DNA of 64,000 nt, from assembly GCA_963666345.1 (NCBI GenBank), contig OY762721.1:2112001-2176000 (forward strand), in the 5' to 3' direction. This document shows, piece by piece, positions 20,201 through 32,803 of the stretch; within the stretch, counting starts at the first letter, position 1; each line of letters begins with the position of its first letter. The notes under the pieces are model-generated. The model was not told the origin of the DNA, searched no databases, and saw nothing but the letters and a program-made list of their open reading frames with translations. Origin of the DNA: Desulfatiglandales bacterium. GTDB lineage: Bacteria; Desulfobacterota; DSM-4660; Desulfatiglandales; Desulfatiglandaceae. The position numbers and the translations under genes were made by a program.

Positions 20201-20635
20201 CAGTGAACTCTTCTGCATTTCAAGGCCCCTCATAATAGTGCACTTCACTTGTCTGCTTATCTCAAGTTTTCCGATATCCTTTACCGGGACAAGCATTACT
20301 TCGCTTGCATCTGAGCCGGCCGAAGGACTTCCGGACAAAAGCCTTCCCCAGTAGTCGACAATCACGTAATGGTATAGTATTCGGTCCTCACTGGAACGCA
20401 CGATTCGATCAAATGCATCTATAATACCACCTACTTCAACCTCAACCGACGCCTCTTCCAACAGTTCCCTTCTTATGGCGTCCAAAAGGGTCTCACCAAG
20501 CTCCACAACCCCCCCGGGAAGGCTCCACTGCCCCTTTGAAGGCTCATTTAGCCTCCTTGCCAATAAAACGGCATCACCGGCAAATATAACACCCCCCACA
20601 CCTACAAAGGGGCGATCAGGATATTCTCTGTTCAT
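20189..20635 (-). CDS. NUDIX hydrolase
   Basis: Nudix box PGGVVELGETLLDAIRRELLEEAS. Confidence 0.9.
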   Translation of the reverse strand: MNREYPDRPFVGVGGVIFAGDAVLLARRLNEPSKGQWSLPGGVVELGETLLDAIRRELLEEASVEVEVGGIIDAFDRIVRSSEDRILYHYVIVDYWGRLLSGSPSAGSDASEVMLVPVKDIGKLEISRQVKCTIMRGLEMQKSSLSMD

Positions 20636-20782
20636 TTATCAATCTTTCTGGAAACAATCCTTACACCTTGTAAAACATGCTGACAGCAGCATCTTCATCA
20701 TCAACCTGCACAGATATTCCCCCATATCGAGATTAAATCGGCTTATCAGCATGTTAATAAGACTTTTGAGAGATGCAACCTG

Positions 20783-20799
20783 TTGGTACACTAATTGCT
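20783..20799 (+). promoter_or_regulatory. putative sigma54 promoter
   Basis: TTGGTACACTAATTGCT with correct GG/GC spacing. Confidence 0.45.
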
Positions 20800-21103
20800 A
20801 TGTTAAGTAAAGTATCAGGATACGGTACCGCTCTTTGAAAACAGGTGGCCCTGTCTATATGCCCCGTAAATTGGAAACCTACTTAAACGACAGAAAGATC
20901 ACTCGCCCTCCAAGCTCTCTTTTCTGGAGCAGATCAAAAGGATCATTTGCAGCAACCTTTCTGCCGTGCTCAGTCACAAGCCGGACAGAAAGGCTTTTCA
21001 ACATACCCCGCTCGAAGATGATCTCTCTTCACAATCCATTTGCAAGCCGCTGATAATGCCTGCTTTTACAGCTATTAATTATAGTTATCAAACGATACAA
21101 AAC

Positions 21104-21238
21104 GGGTATTCCGATTGGATAAAGATGCCAGGTGCTCACTCGAAAATCACGCTGTTTTGGCTCAATCTTGAGTCACCTGCTCCACACCCATGTTGACACC
21201 TCTTATGAACCTGGCATCTTTATCCAATCGGAATACCC
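21104..21238. mobile_element. 135-bp MITE-like element with perfect 30-bp terminal inverted repeats
   Basis: GGGTATTCCGATTGGATAAAGATGCCAGGT (21104-21133) and its exact reverse complement (21209-21238); no transposase. Confidence 0.7.
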
Positions 21239-21354
21239 TAAGACCACCTCTTTTTAACCTGCCCCAGTACTAGGCCGAAAGAGGATCATATAAAAAAACA
21301 TAATTCATGCTTAAAAGTCTATACAAAAACAGGATAATACCCTTCTATAAGGAC

Positions 21355-21384
21355 TTGACAAACTTCAGATTAATCGACTAAACT
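21355..21384 (+). promoter_or_regulatory. sigma70 promoter of por
   Basis: TTGACA-18 bp-TAAACT. Confidence 0.55.
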
Positions 21385-21451
21385 TACGATTTTTTACAAA
21401 ATGTGGAACAGGTTTTGTAAGTCAAAATCCGAAATCGGGCAAAACAGGTGA

Positions 21452-25138
<3,687 letters not shown>

Positions 25139-25154
25139 CCTGTTTTAAGTATAA

Positions 25155-25193
25155 AAAAACCCATGGCCGGTCTTTGGCCGGCCATGGGTTTTT
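25155..25193. terminator. bidirectional terminator between por and surE
   Basis: AAAAACCCATGGCCGG-loop-CCGGCCATGGGTTTTT. Confidence 0.85.
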
Positions 25194-25243
25194 CATTATG
25201 TACACACCGGTTCTCACCTGATCCTACTTCCAAGTTTCTTTAC

Positions 25244-26020
25244 TCATATCCCCCAGTCAAACCCCCCCGACACCGATATGTCCTTCATTTTCTCAAGTTC
25301 TTTGTAACAGGTAAGATCATAGTGTACAGGGGTAATAGTAATCCATTTTTCTCGGAGATCTGCAAAATCGGTCCCGGATGATTCTTCCGGCGTAAATCCC
25401 TCCCCTGCAAGCCAGTAATAGATATTTCCCCTGGGATCCATTCTGCGCTCGAAACGTTCTTCAAATCTTACAGTACCCTGCCTTACAATACTGACTCCTC
25501 TTATTTTTTCAGGTGGCAAGGCCGGGATATTGACATTGAGCGCCGTACCGCCGCTCAATCCAACTTCGAGAACAAATCGAACAATCTGTCTGCTGAAAAA
25601 GGAGGCGAAAGTGAAATCAGGCTTTATCCTGCTGTTTAGCGATATTGCCGCAGACGGGACTCCCAGAAAAGCCCCTTCGGTTGCCGCGGATACCGTACCG
25701 GAGTATAGCACATTAACGCCCACGTTTGCCCCCGGATTTATTCCGGAAAGTATTATATCGGGGGGTTGCTCCATTAGTTCCTGCACCGCTATCTTCACAC
25801 AGTCGGCAGGTGTGCCTTTAACGGCGTATCCGAAAAAGGTTCCATTCTTGTAGATTTCCCGAACGCGTAAGGGAGATGAAAGCGTTATTGCGTGACCTAC
25901 GGCACTCATTTCAGAATCCGGAGCAACCACGTATATTTCATGATCCTGTATCAGAGCCCTGTGAAGTGCCAAGAGTCCCTGAGCATAAATCCCGTCATCA
26001 TTGGTAATCAGTATTCTCAT
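25244..26020 (-). CDS. surE: 5'/3'-nucleotidase SurE
   Basis: MRILITNDDG, GTPADCV, SGINPGAN, YSGTVSAA; start moved to 26020. Confidence 0.95.
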   Translation of the reverse strand: MRILITNDDGIYAQGLLALHRALIQDHEIYVVAPDSEMSAVGHAITLSSPLRVREIYKNGTFFGYAVKGTPADCVKIAVQELMEQPPDIILSGINPGANVGVNVLYSGTVSAATEGAFLGVPSAAISLNSRIKPDFTFASFFSRQIVRFVLEVGLSGGTALNVNIPALPPEKIRGVSIVRQGTVRFEERFERRMDPRGNIYYWLAGEGFTPEESSGTDFADLREKWITITPVHYDLTCYKELEKMKDISVSGGFDWGI

Positions 26021-26473
26021 CTTTTCTCTCGATTGGACCGCCTTTAACCAGTATCGCGGCCGCCGAAAAAGATTTAACCGGCGCTTCGCTTGTCTCCCTG
26101 CGAAATCCCGGATAACAAAACCCCGATGACCTAAAAACATAAAGCGCAAGGGCCTATATCAGTTCTTGAAGGCGGATAAGGTAAAGCCCATTTTGTTTGC
26201 CTCCGGTCTTGATCTGCTGTATATTAGATATTTTATTAAAAGGTAATATCCAGCCAGCTTTTTACTGTTATTCTACTAATTGCTGGCCGAACAAAAGTCA
26301 AATCTTATTGAATAGGGCATGCTCGGTCGGCTTGTTTGCGGTTTGAGGTGGTGTTGCCCGGTTGTCCTGCCGGAAGGTTTTTTAAAGTTTTTTGCTGCAC
26401 AAAATGATTTTGTTCGGCAGGCGCTTTAACGTCACCTTTACGACCATTTTTCCCGAAATCCGAGACTCGGCAT

Positions 26474-27751
26474 ATGGCTGAAAATAACAGCGGAAAAGAT
26501 TCGAAGCACAGGCTTTTGGAACTTATCCTGAGATTCGGTACGATTCTAAACTCCTCTTTGAATATTGAGGACGTTCTGAATTTTGCCATGCAGTGGGCGG
26601 AGGATTTTATTGAAGCGGAGGCGAGCACCGTCTATGAACTCGATGAACAGAAAGACGAACTGTTTATTCGAGTTGCCAGGGGAGAAAAGCAAAAGTCGAT
26701 AAAGAAAATAAAGCTGCACCCCCACCAGGGCATAGCAGGACATGTGGTAAAAACCGGAGAGGCCATGATCGTGCAGGATGTGACCAAGGAAAGGCTGTTT
26801 GATCCAAGATACGATGAAATAACGGGATTCAAGACAAGATGCATGATATGTGTGCCCCTCAAAGTAAGGAGCAGGGTACTCGGGGCGCTCCAGGTTCTCA
26901 ATAAGAAAGGCACAAAAAAATTCACCTATGACGACGTTCGACTTTTGACCAACATGTCACAGCAGATTGCCGTGGCCATGGAAAATGCAAATTTATACAG
27001 GCGGCTTGAAGAGAAGTTTGAATTCACCGCTTTGGAATTAAAGGACACACAGGAAAAACTGATCCGCACTGAGCGTCTTGCCGCCATGGGCAATCTGGTG
27101 CAGGGGGTGGCACACGAAATACGAAACCCTGTGACTACTATCGGAGGATTTGCTCTGAGAATCAAAAAGGACGAAGACAATGATAAAAAGGTAAGGCAGT
27201 ATGCGGATATAATTCTCAAGGCCTCGCAGAGGCTTGAAAACGTGGTTGGACAGATAGGGCAGTTCGTCAATCTATTATCCTCCAACGCATCACAGAAAAC
27301 TGACATAAAAGAACTGGTCACAGACACCTTGAAGGATTTTATATCCAGGGCCGAAAAACTGGGCATATCCGTAAAGACCCGGTTTGATGACGGGTTGCCT
27401 CCCATAGTTATAGACTATCTCCAAATCAAAACCGCTATTTCCAATATTTTAGGAAACGCAGTAGAATCGATGCCCGAAGGAGGATCTCTCATAATCGGCC
27501 TTGAGCAGCAGGCGAATAAATTCCTTGTGACGATAGAAGATACAGGTCATGGAATCCCCAAGGAAGACCTGAACTCGGTTTACGATCCTTTTTTTACTTC
27601 AAAGACAAGGGGAGCCGGACTGGGTCTGACGATGGTGTATCAAGTTGTAATGAATCACAAAGGCGAAATTGATATACAAAGCCGGATCGGAAAAGGGACA
27701 AAGGTAACAATCAGACTGCCACTTAATCCATTAGAAACGCCTAAACATTGA
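26474..27751 (+). CDS. cytoplasmic GAF-domain sensor histidine kinase
   Basis: GAF domain, VAHEIRNP H-box, NAVES, DTGHGI, PFFTSK, GAGLGL. Confidence 0.9.
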   Translation: MAENNSGKDSKHRLLELILRFGTILNSSLNIEDVLNFAMQWAEDFIEAEASTVYELDEQKDELFIRVARGEKQKSIKKIKLHPHQGIAGHVVKTGEAMIVQDVTKERLFDPRYDEITGFKTRCMICVPLKVRSRVLGALQVLNKKGTKKFTYDDVRLLTNMSQQIAVAMENANLYRRLEEKFEFTALELKDTQEKLIRTERLAAMGNLVQGVAHEIRNPVTTIGGFALRIKKDEDNDKKVRQYADIILKASQRLENVVGQIGQFVNLLSSNASQKTDIKELVTDTLKDFISRAEKLGISVKTRFDDGLPPIVIDYLQIKTAISNILGNAVESMPEGGSLIIGLEQQANKFLVTIEDTGHGIPKEDLNSVYDPFFTSKTRGAGLGLTMVYQVVMNHKGEIDIQSRIGKGTKVTIRLPLNPLETPKH

Positions 27752-27794
27752 TCAGAAACAAACTGAAAAGGAAATAACATATCTGGAGAAACGT

Positions 27795-28676
27795 ATGGAA
27801 AAAGAGAAAACAGGTCGGTCATGGCTGTGGATATTGATAGTATTGATCGCAGCCGGTCTCCTCGGATACTACTTCTTTATGAATAGAGACAGTGACAAGG
27901 AGGAAGTGGGGGCTGAAAAGATCGAGGAAACATCACCTAAAAAGGATGACTCCTTGCCGGAGGAATTGGAACAGGTTCAAAAACCTCCTGAAAAGGAAAT
28001 CACCATGATAGACACACGCCAGGAGGAAGATGCATGCGTCCGGATCGGCAGGGAGATATCTGATTTTTTCCAATACCTCGATAAAACGAGCTATGTCCTG
28101 CGCATGGATCCTGATGCAGACACCCTTTCCAGGTTCACGGATATGATAAAAAGGCTTTCTCTACAACCACCTGTGCCTGCCGGCGAAAGGATAGACCCCA
28201 GGATTCTCATTGAAAACATTTATCACTTTTACCACGCACTGAATCTTGAAGACATCCATTTTATAAAGGAAGTCCTGGGTAATGAATCGGATACCATAGA
28301 ATTGAATCTTCACATGTTTTACGGATGGTTGAAGGCACGTGAAAAATGCCCGGACATGGCGGTCCCGCTACCTTCAAAAAAGACCCTCTATCTATATGCC
28401 GGATTTTTTATCAACACAACCGGTGGAAGGGCCTATCTGTTCAGGAGATCACCGGGAATCAGGCTCCTGACAACCTACTACTGTCTATGCATTGTGCATG
28501 ATGCCGACAAGGCAGGGTTCAACACATACGGGATTGATATGGCACCCTATATATCCTCTTTAAGGGATGAGATCATCAGATATCCGGATCTTCAATTTCA
28601 GAAGGATTATATCTCGAACCTGAATGAAATGGCCCGGTACTACCTCGACAAGAGGCAGGGTTTGCCCGCCAACTAA
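27795..28676 (+). CDS. membrane-anchored hypothetical protein
   Basis: GGAG RBS, N-terminal TM, acidic linker, 293-aa ORF. Confidence 0.75.
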   Translation: MEKEKTGRSWLWILIVLIAAGLLGYYFFMNRDSDKEEVGAEKIEETSPKKDDSLPEELEQVQKPPEKEITMIDTRQEEDACVRIGREISDFFQYLDKTSYVLRMDPDADTLSRFTDMIKRLSLQPPVPAGERIDPRILIENIYHFYHALNLEDIHFIKEVLGNESDTIELNLHMFYGWLKAREKCPDMAVPLPSKKTLYLYAGFFINTTGGRAYLFRRSPGIRLLTTYYCLCIVHDADKAGFNTYGIDMAPYISSLRDEIIRYPDLQFQKDYISNLNEMARYYLDKRQGLPAN

Positions 28677-28698
28677 TCGGAAAGACCGGGATTCACTT

Positions 28699-29058
28699 TT
28701 ACCACTGCCCCTCTACATCCGCCGCGGTTGAAAGAGGAAGCGCTCCCTTCAAATAATTTTCCACTGCTTCTCTTATGGTGCCGGAGGCATTATTAGCGAC
28801 TCCTATTTTGGCCGCATTAAGGGCCTTAAATGCATTCGGCCCGCAGTGCCCGGTTAGAAGAACCTGCGCCCCCGCCTCGCTTATGGAGCGTGCGGCCTGG
28901 ATGCCTGCGCCTTTAAGGGCATTGGCGTTTTCCTTGTTGTCCAGCACCTCGTAGCCAAAGTTCTCGGAATCCACTAAAATTATAAAAGAGGCCCTTCCGA
29001 ATTTTGGGTCTACAGACGATTCAAGACCGGTGCCTGAAGCGGTTACGGCTATTTTCAT
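28699..29058 (-). CDS. NifB/NifX-family protein (Orange-protein-like)
   Basis: MKIAVTA, VDPKFGRA, GAGIQAA, LTGHCGPNAF. Confidence 0.85.
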   Translation of the reverse strand: MKIAVTASGTGLESSVDPKFGRASFIILVDSENFGYEVLDNKENANALKGAGIQAARSISEAGAQVLLTGHCGPNAFKALNAAKIGVANNASGTIREAVENYLKGALPLSTAADVEGQW

Positions 29059-29513
29059 TTGCTACCTCCTGTCGCTTCATTGACCGAAGACTTGCCCATC
29101 TTCTCCATATATTCTTCGACGGCCTTGTGAAGGGTTTTGAGGGCTAATCTGGCACAATGCACCTTTTGGTCGGGAAGTTTTTCAAGTTCCCTGTATAGAG
29201 AATCCAGATCCAGTTTGCGTGCCTCTTCAAGTTTCATTCCCTTTGCTATTGAGATCAGAGCGGAACCTGAAGCAACGGCACCCGGGCACCCCAGCACCTG
29301 TATCTTTGCGTCCTCTATCTTTTCATCCTTTATACTGAGACTTATCTTCATTGTATCCCCGCAAGGCCCTATAAGATCGGTTATCTGGTCCGCCTGCGCA
29401 AGGACTCCAACACTTTCCTGGTTTTTCAGATACTCTATCGCCTTGTCTGAATAGCCAGACTCTGAAAGCATCCTGCATATATCATCATTGATCTCTTTCG
29501 CATCCATTTTCAT
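29055..29513 (-). CDS. NifU/IscU N-terminal-like Fe-S scaffold
   Basis: GPCGDTM, GCPGAVAS, KVHCARLA. Confidence 0.85.
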   Translation of the reverse strand: MKMDAKEINDDICRMLSESGYSDKAIEYLKNQESVGVLAQADQITDLIGPCGDTMKISLSIKDEKIEDAKIQVLGCPGAVASGSALISIAKGMKLEEARKLDLDSLYRELEKLPDQKVHCARLALKTLHKAVEEYMEKMGKSSVNEATGGSK

Positions 29514-29589
29514 GCACCTTTCGCCCCATTATTGCGCTTGCCTGAAAACACACTGTTTGATAATGAGATGACAGTTTAGAAATAGAGAG

Positions 29590-29979
29590 TTATTGAGCTC
29601 CTCCGCCTCCGCAGACCTGGTTATCTTCGATAACGGGGAGTTTGCCGGAGATCAAATCTTCTACCACAGGCCGAATTTCAGGCCTTTCAACATCATAATA
29701 TACGTCTATACCCGCCTGTTTGAAACCCATGAGCGGCCTCATACCGATTCCTCCCACGATAAGCGCGTTGACATTGTTTTGGGCCAGAAGATTTACGGGA
29801 ACCATGCAGCCACCCTGCACATGATCCTGATTCATCAATGTTGAAACTGATTTAATCTCGCCTTCCTCCACATCTACAAATGTAAACACGTCACAATGTC
29901 CGAAATGTCCTGCTCGTTGTCCGTCAAGACCGCCCGATCCGATGGACGGGATAGCGATTCTTCCATCTTGCATTTTCAT
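29590..29979 (-). CDS. NifB/NifX-family protein
   Basis: RIAIPS, HFGHCD, GGC..PV, VGGIGMRP. Confidence 0.85.
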   Translation of the reverse strand: MKMQDGRIAIPSIGSGGLDGQRAGHFGHCDVFTFVDVEEGEIKSVSTLMNQDHVQGGCMVPVNLLAQNNVNALIVGGIGMRPLMGFKQAGIDVYYDVERPEIRPVVEDLISGKLPVIEDNQVCGGGGAQ

Positions 29980-29998
29980 CCCTCCTATTGATTACTAG

Positions 29999-30829
29999 CT
30001 ATACCTCAATTGCCTTAAGTATCTTGGCATATGCCTTGTTGATTTCGAGATCCTTATCTTCTAAAAGTTCAATAAGCCTGCCCTTGTCACCCATCTCCAC
30101 CATCCTCGGGTCAATGGGTATTTCCCCTAAGAGCTCGACTCCGGTCTTCTCCGATACCCTCTTCCCTCCACCTTTTCCAAAGATGGGCACGCTCTGTCCA
30201 CAATGTGGACATATAAAACCGCTCATGTTTTCTACAAGACCCAGGATTTTCATCTCTACCTGCTTGCAAAAATTTATAGACTTTCGCACATCGGCAAGGC
30301 TTATTTCCTGTGGAGTTGTAACCACAAGCGCCTCTGCATCAGGTATTGTCTGGGCCACGGTAAGCGGTTCGTCCCCCGTACCGGGAGGAGAATCTACCAG
30401 AAGGTAATCAAGCTCTCCCCACTCTATGTCGGAGATAAACTGTCTTATGGCGCTTATCTTTAAAGGCCCCCTCCAGATAACTGCCGAATCTTTGTCTCCC
30501 AGTACCATTTCAATAGACACTATACCAAGATTTTCTGAAAGCATATAAGGCCTTACTGATCCATCTTCAGATGCCTGAAACCCCCCGTCAACACCTAAAA
30601 GCCGCGGGATACTCGGTCCGTGAAGGTCAACATCCAGGAGCCCGACTTTTTTCCCGCTGCTACTCAAAAGAAGGGCAAGATAGGCTGCGACACTGCTTTT
30701 TCCGACCCCTCCCTTTCCGCTCATCACTAATATTTTTCTTCCGATCTTGCACAGCTTGTTTTCTATCATCTTGTCCTGCTGTGCTCTTTCGATATCGCCC
30801 GGTGTATCTGCCATAAAATTATTCCCCAT
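29999..30829 (-). CDS. mrp: Mrp/NBP35 (ApbC) Fe-S carrier ATPase
   Basis: SGKGGVGKS, DVDLHGPS, WRGP, DSPPGTGD, ENMS..CPHC. Confidence 0.92.
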   Translation of the reverse strand: MGNNFMADTPGDIERAQQDKMIENKLCKIGRKILVMSGKGGVGKSSVAAYLALLLSSSGKKVGLLDVDLHGPSIPRLLGVDGGFQASEDGSVRPYMLSENLGIVSIEMVLGDKDSAVIWRGPLKISAIRQFISDIEWGELDYLLVDSPPGTGDEPLTVAQTIPDAEALVVTTPQEISLADVRKSINFCKQVEMKILGLVENMSGFICPHCGQSVPIFGKGGGKRVSEKTGVELLGEIPIDPRMVEMGDKGRLIELLEDKDLEINKAYAKILKAIEV

Positions 30830-31360
30830 AGTTATTTTTTGTATTTCATTTATAAAGGCGGCACTCTTAAAAGGAGATCAGTTTTTTGTTTCCTGATGCA
30901 GTTTGTAGCCTGGACCGGCCCTTTAGAAAAACCTCAAGTACAACCGGAAAAATCTAAGCATTATAAGTATATTGTCAAGTTACGGAAAGGTTTTCCGAAG
31001 TAAACGGCATAGGATGTTATCCGGTAACTTTTTACGATAAATAGGCGGACAGGCCTGAGCCGGAATTCGGCCGAATGTTTATCTCCCGTGCGCTGAAAAG
31101 TTTGAAGAATTCCCGATTCATAAATACCGGATCTGATAAAAACGATTAAAGGATCCCGGGCCCACAGCACCGGGTATTGGTTTACCCCTGAAAGCGACCT
31201 GGTCGGTATGCCGGGATTTGAATTCCTATTAATTAAGGCAGCGTCATATTTTCCCGCCCGGATCAGAGAACCGGATTTTCCATAATGTAATAAAGGGGAA
31301 CCCTCCCACACTAATTCAGGAAGATCCCCCTCTGAAGTTCTCAGACATTCTTTATTAAAC

Positions 31361-31554
31361 TTGAAGGTTTCGGAAAAAGTCCAGCTGCCGTTCGAGGGCC
31401 TCATGGGCCTGAGCCAAACCGAAAGGCTGTATTATGCTTCATCTTTCGTCATTGAGGCGTACAGTAAGTACGCCTCATTCCCAAAGACTTGCAAACCTAG
31501 CATTTGAACCTTTTACTTTATCGTCTCAATTCCGGCTTTTTACGAATCCATTAA
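31361..31554. mobile_element. MITE-like element abutting the acsE stop codon
   Basis: Imperfect TIRs TTGAAGGTTTCGGAAAAAGTC / GGCTTTTTACGAATCCATTAA; internal hairpin TGAGGCGTAC-AGTAA-GTACGCCTCA. Confidence 0.6.
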
Positions 31555-32453
31555 ATTTCAAGCCATGAATCAGAATAAAGGGACTGTCCCAAAATTACCT
31601 TGGCCGTTTTGACATAATCTGCAAGTTTCCAAGGGCCGTTCGGTTCATCGGATAATGAATTCTCATCCACCGCCTCACCGTCCATTATCTTGTGCACCAG
31701 TTCCACGATATCGGGCCTCTCACCCCTTGCTATCTTGAAAAGTTCCCTGTCATAAGCATCTGCGATGCAGGTAATCATGCCCTTCCTTTCAAGCATAATC
31801 ATATATGTCTGGTTCAGTATCGGCCTTAGATTATCGGGCGGTCCATTAGACACGTTTGAGAGTCCGCATGTTGATTTTGCTCCCGGCGCTATATCCTGGA
31901 GCATCTCCTGGAATGCGAGAAGGCTCATAAGCTGTGGCTGCTGTATATTTACCGGGGTAACAATACCGTCAAAGTAAAGATCCTCGTTGGGTACTCCGGC
32001 CTCATTTGCAGCATAGCCAAGCTCCACGGCAAGCGCGGCCCTTTCATTTTCATCCCTTGGCAGTCCTTCCGGTCCCCACATAAGGGCCACCATCGCCGCC
32101 TTGTATTTTACCGCCAAAGGAATCATCTTTTCGTATCTCTCAGGCCTTACCATGATCGAATTAATTATCGCCTTTCCCCTGTGAGCAGCAAGTCCGGCCT
32201 CCATAGCCTCTATGTTCGAAGTATCAAGAACAAGGGACGGGGTATCCCCGATCTCCTCTTGAACCGTCTTTACAACGAACTCCATCAACTCCGGCCCGCC
32301 TTTTCTGGCGGGGCCCAGATTGATGTCTATCCAGTCCATTCCCATCTCTTTCTGACGCTTGGCCTCTTCGACAATGGGACGGGGATCTTTTTCCTTGAAG
32401 GCCTTGCCTATGACCTTGTTTATCACATTTAAATTTTCTCCAATCAGTAGCAT
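31551..32453 (-). CDS. acsE: methyl-THF:corrinoid Fe-S protein methyltransferase
   Basis: LIGENLN, DINLG, LDTSN, INSI, GLSNVS pterin-binding barrel; last gene of the acs operon. Confidence 0.88.
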   Translation of the reverse strand: MLLIGENLNVINKVIGKAFKEKDPRPIVEEAKRQKEMGMDWIDINLGPARKGGPELMEFVVKTVQEEIGDTPSLVLDTSNIEAMEAGLAAHRGKAIINSIMVRPERYEKMIPLAVKYKAAMVALMWGPEGLPRDENERAALAVELGYAANEAGVPNEDLYFDGIVTPVNIQQPQLMSLLAFQEMLQDIAPGAKSTCGLSNVSNGPPDNLRPILNQTYMIMLERKGMITCIADAYDRELFKIARGERPDIVELVHKIMDGEAVDENSLSDEPNGPWKLADYVKTAKVILGQSLYSDSWLEI

Positions 32454-32484
32454 GGGCTGTCTCCATCTAGTGTTATTATTTTTT

Positions 32485-32645
32485 GGTTCTTCTCCAACTA
32501 GGTTGCAAAAGAGGTTTCAAGGACCCAGGGGGTCAAGGGTTAGAGGATTTAAAATACTTATAATTTATCAGCACTTCACTTCAACACTTGAATCCCCGGC
32601 CCCTTGAACCCCGTCGGTTTTCACCTGTTAAACTGGAAAAGATCT
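32485..32645. repeat. inverted element built from degenerate 8-mer tandem repeats
   Basis: Left arm GGTTTCAA GGACCCAG GGGGTCAA pairs with right arm TTGAATCC CCGGCCCC TTGAACCC; outer ends GGTTCTTCTCCA / TGGAAAAGATCT. Confidence 0.55.
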
Positions 32646-32803
32646 CCTTGTTCAGTCTCCTGTTTAAGATCCACAAAACAGGAGACTCGATCCGGATCAT
32701 TCCCTAAAGGCCTTGATTATCAAAAGGGCCTTGTTATTACAAAAAAACAGGCATCCTATATTCATCATGGCCGAGCAGGAATCGCCGCATGACGTTAGGC
32801 ATA

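Noticed and set aside
30961..31404. 147-aa minus-strand intergenic ORF
   Set aside because: Starts inside the MITE-like repeat, has no RBS or motifs, and overlaps the mrp promoter
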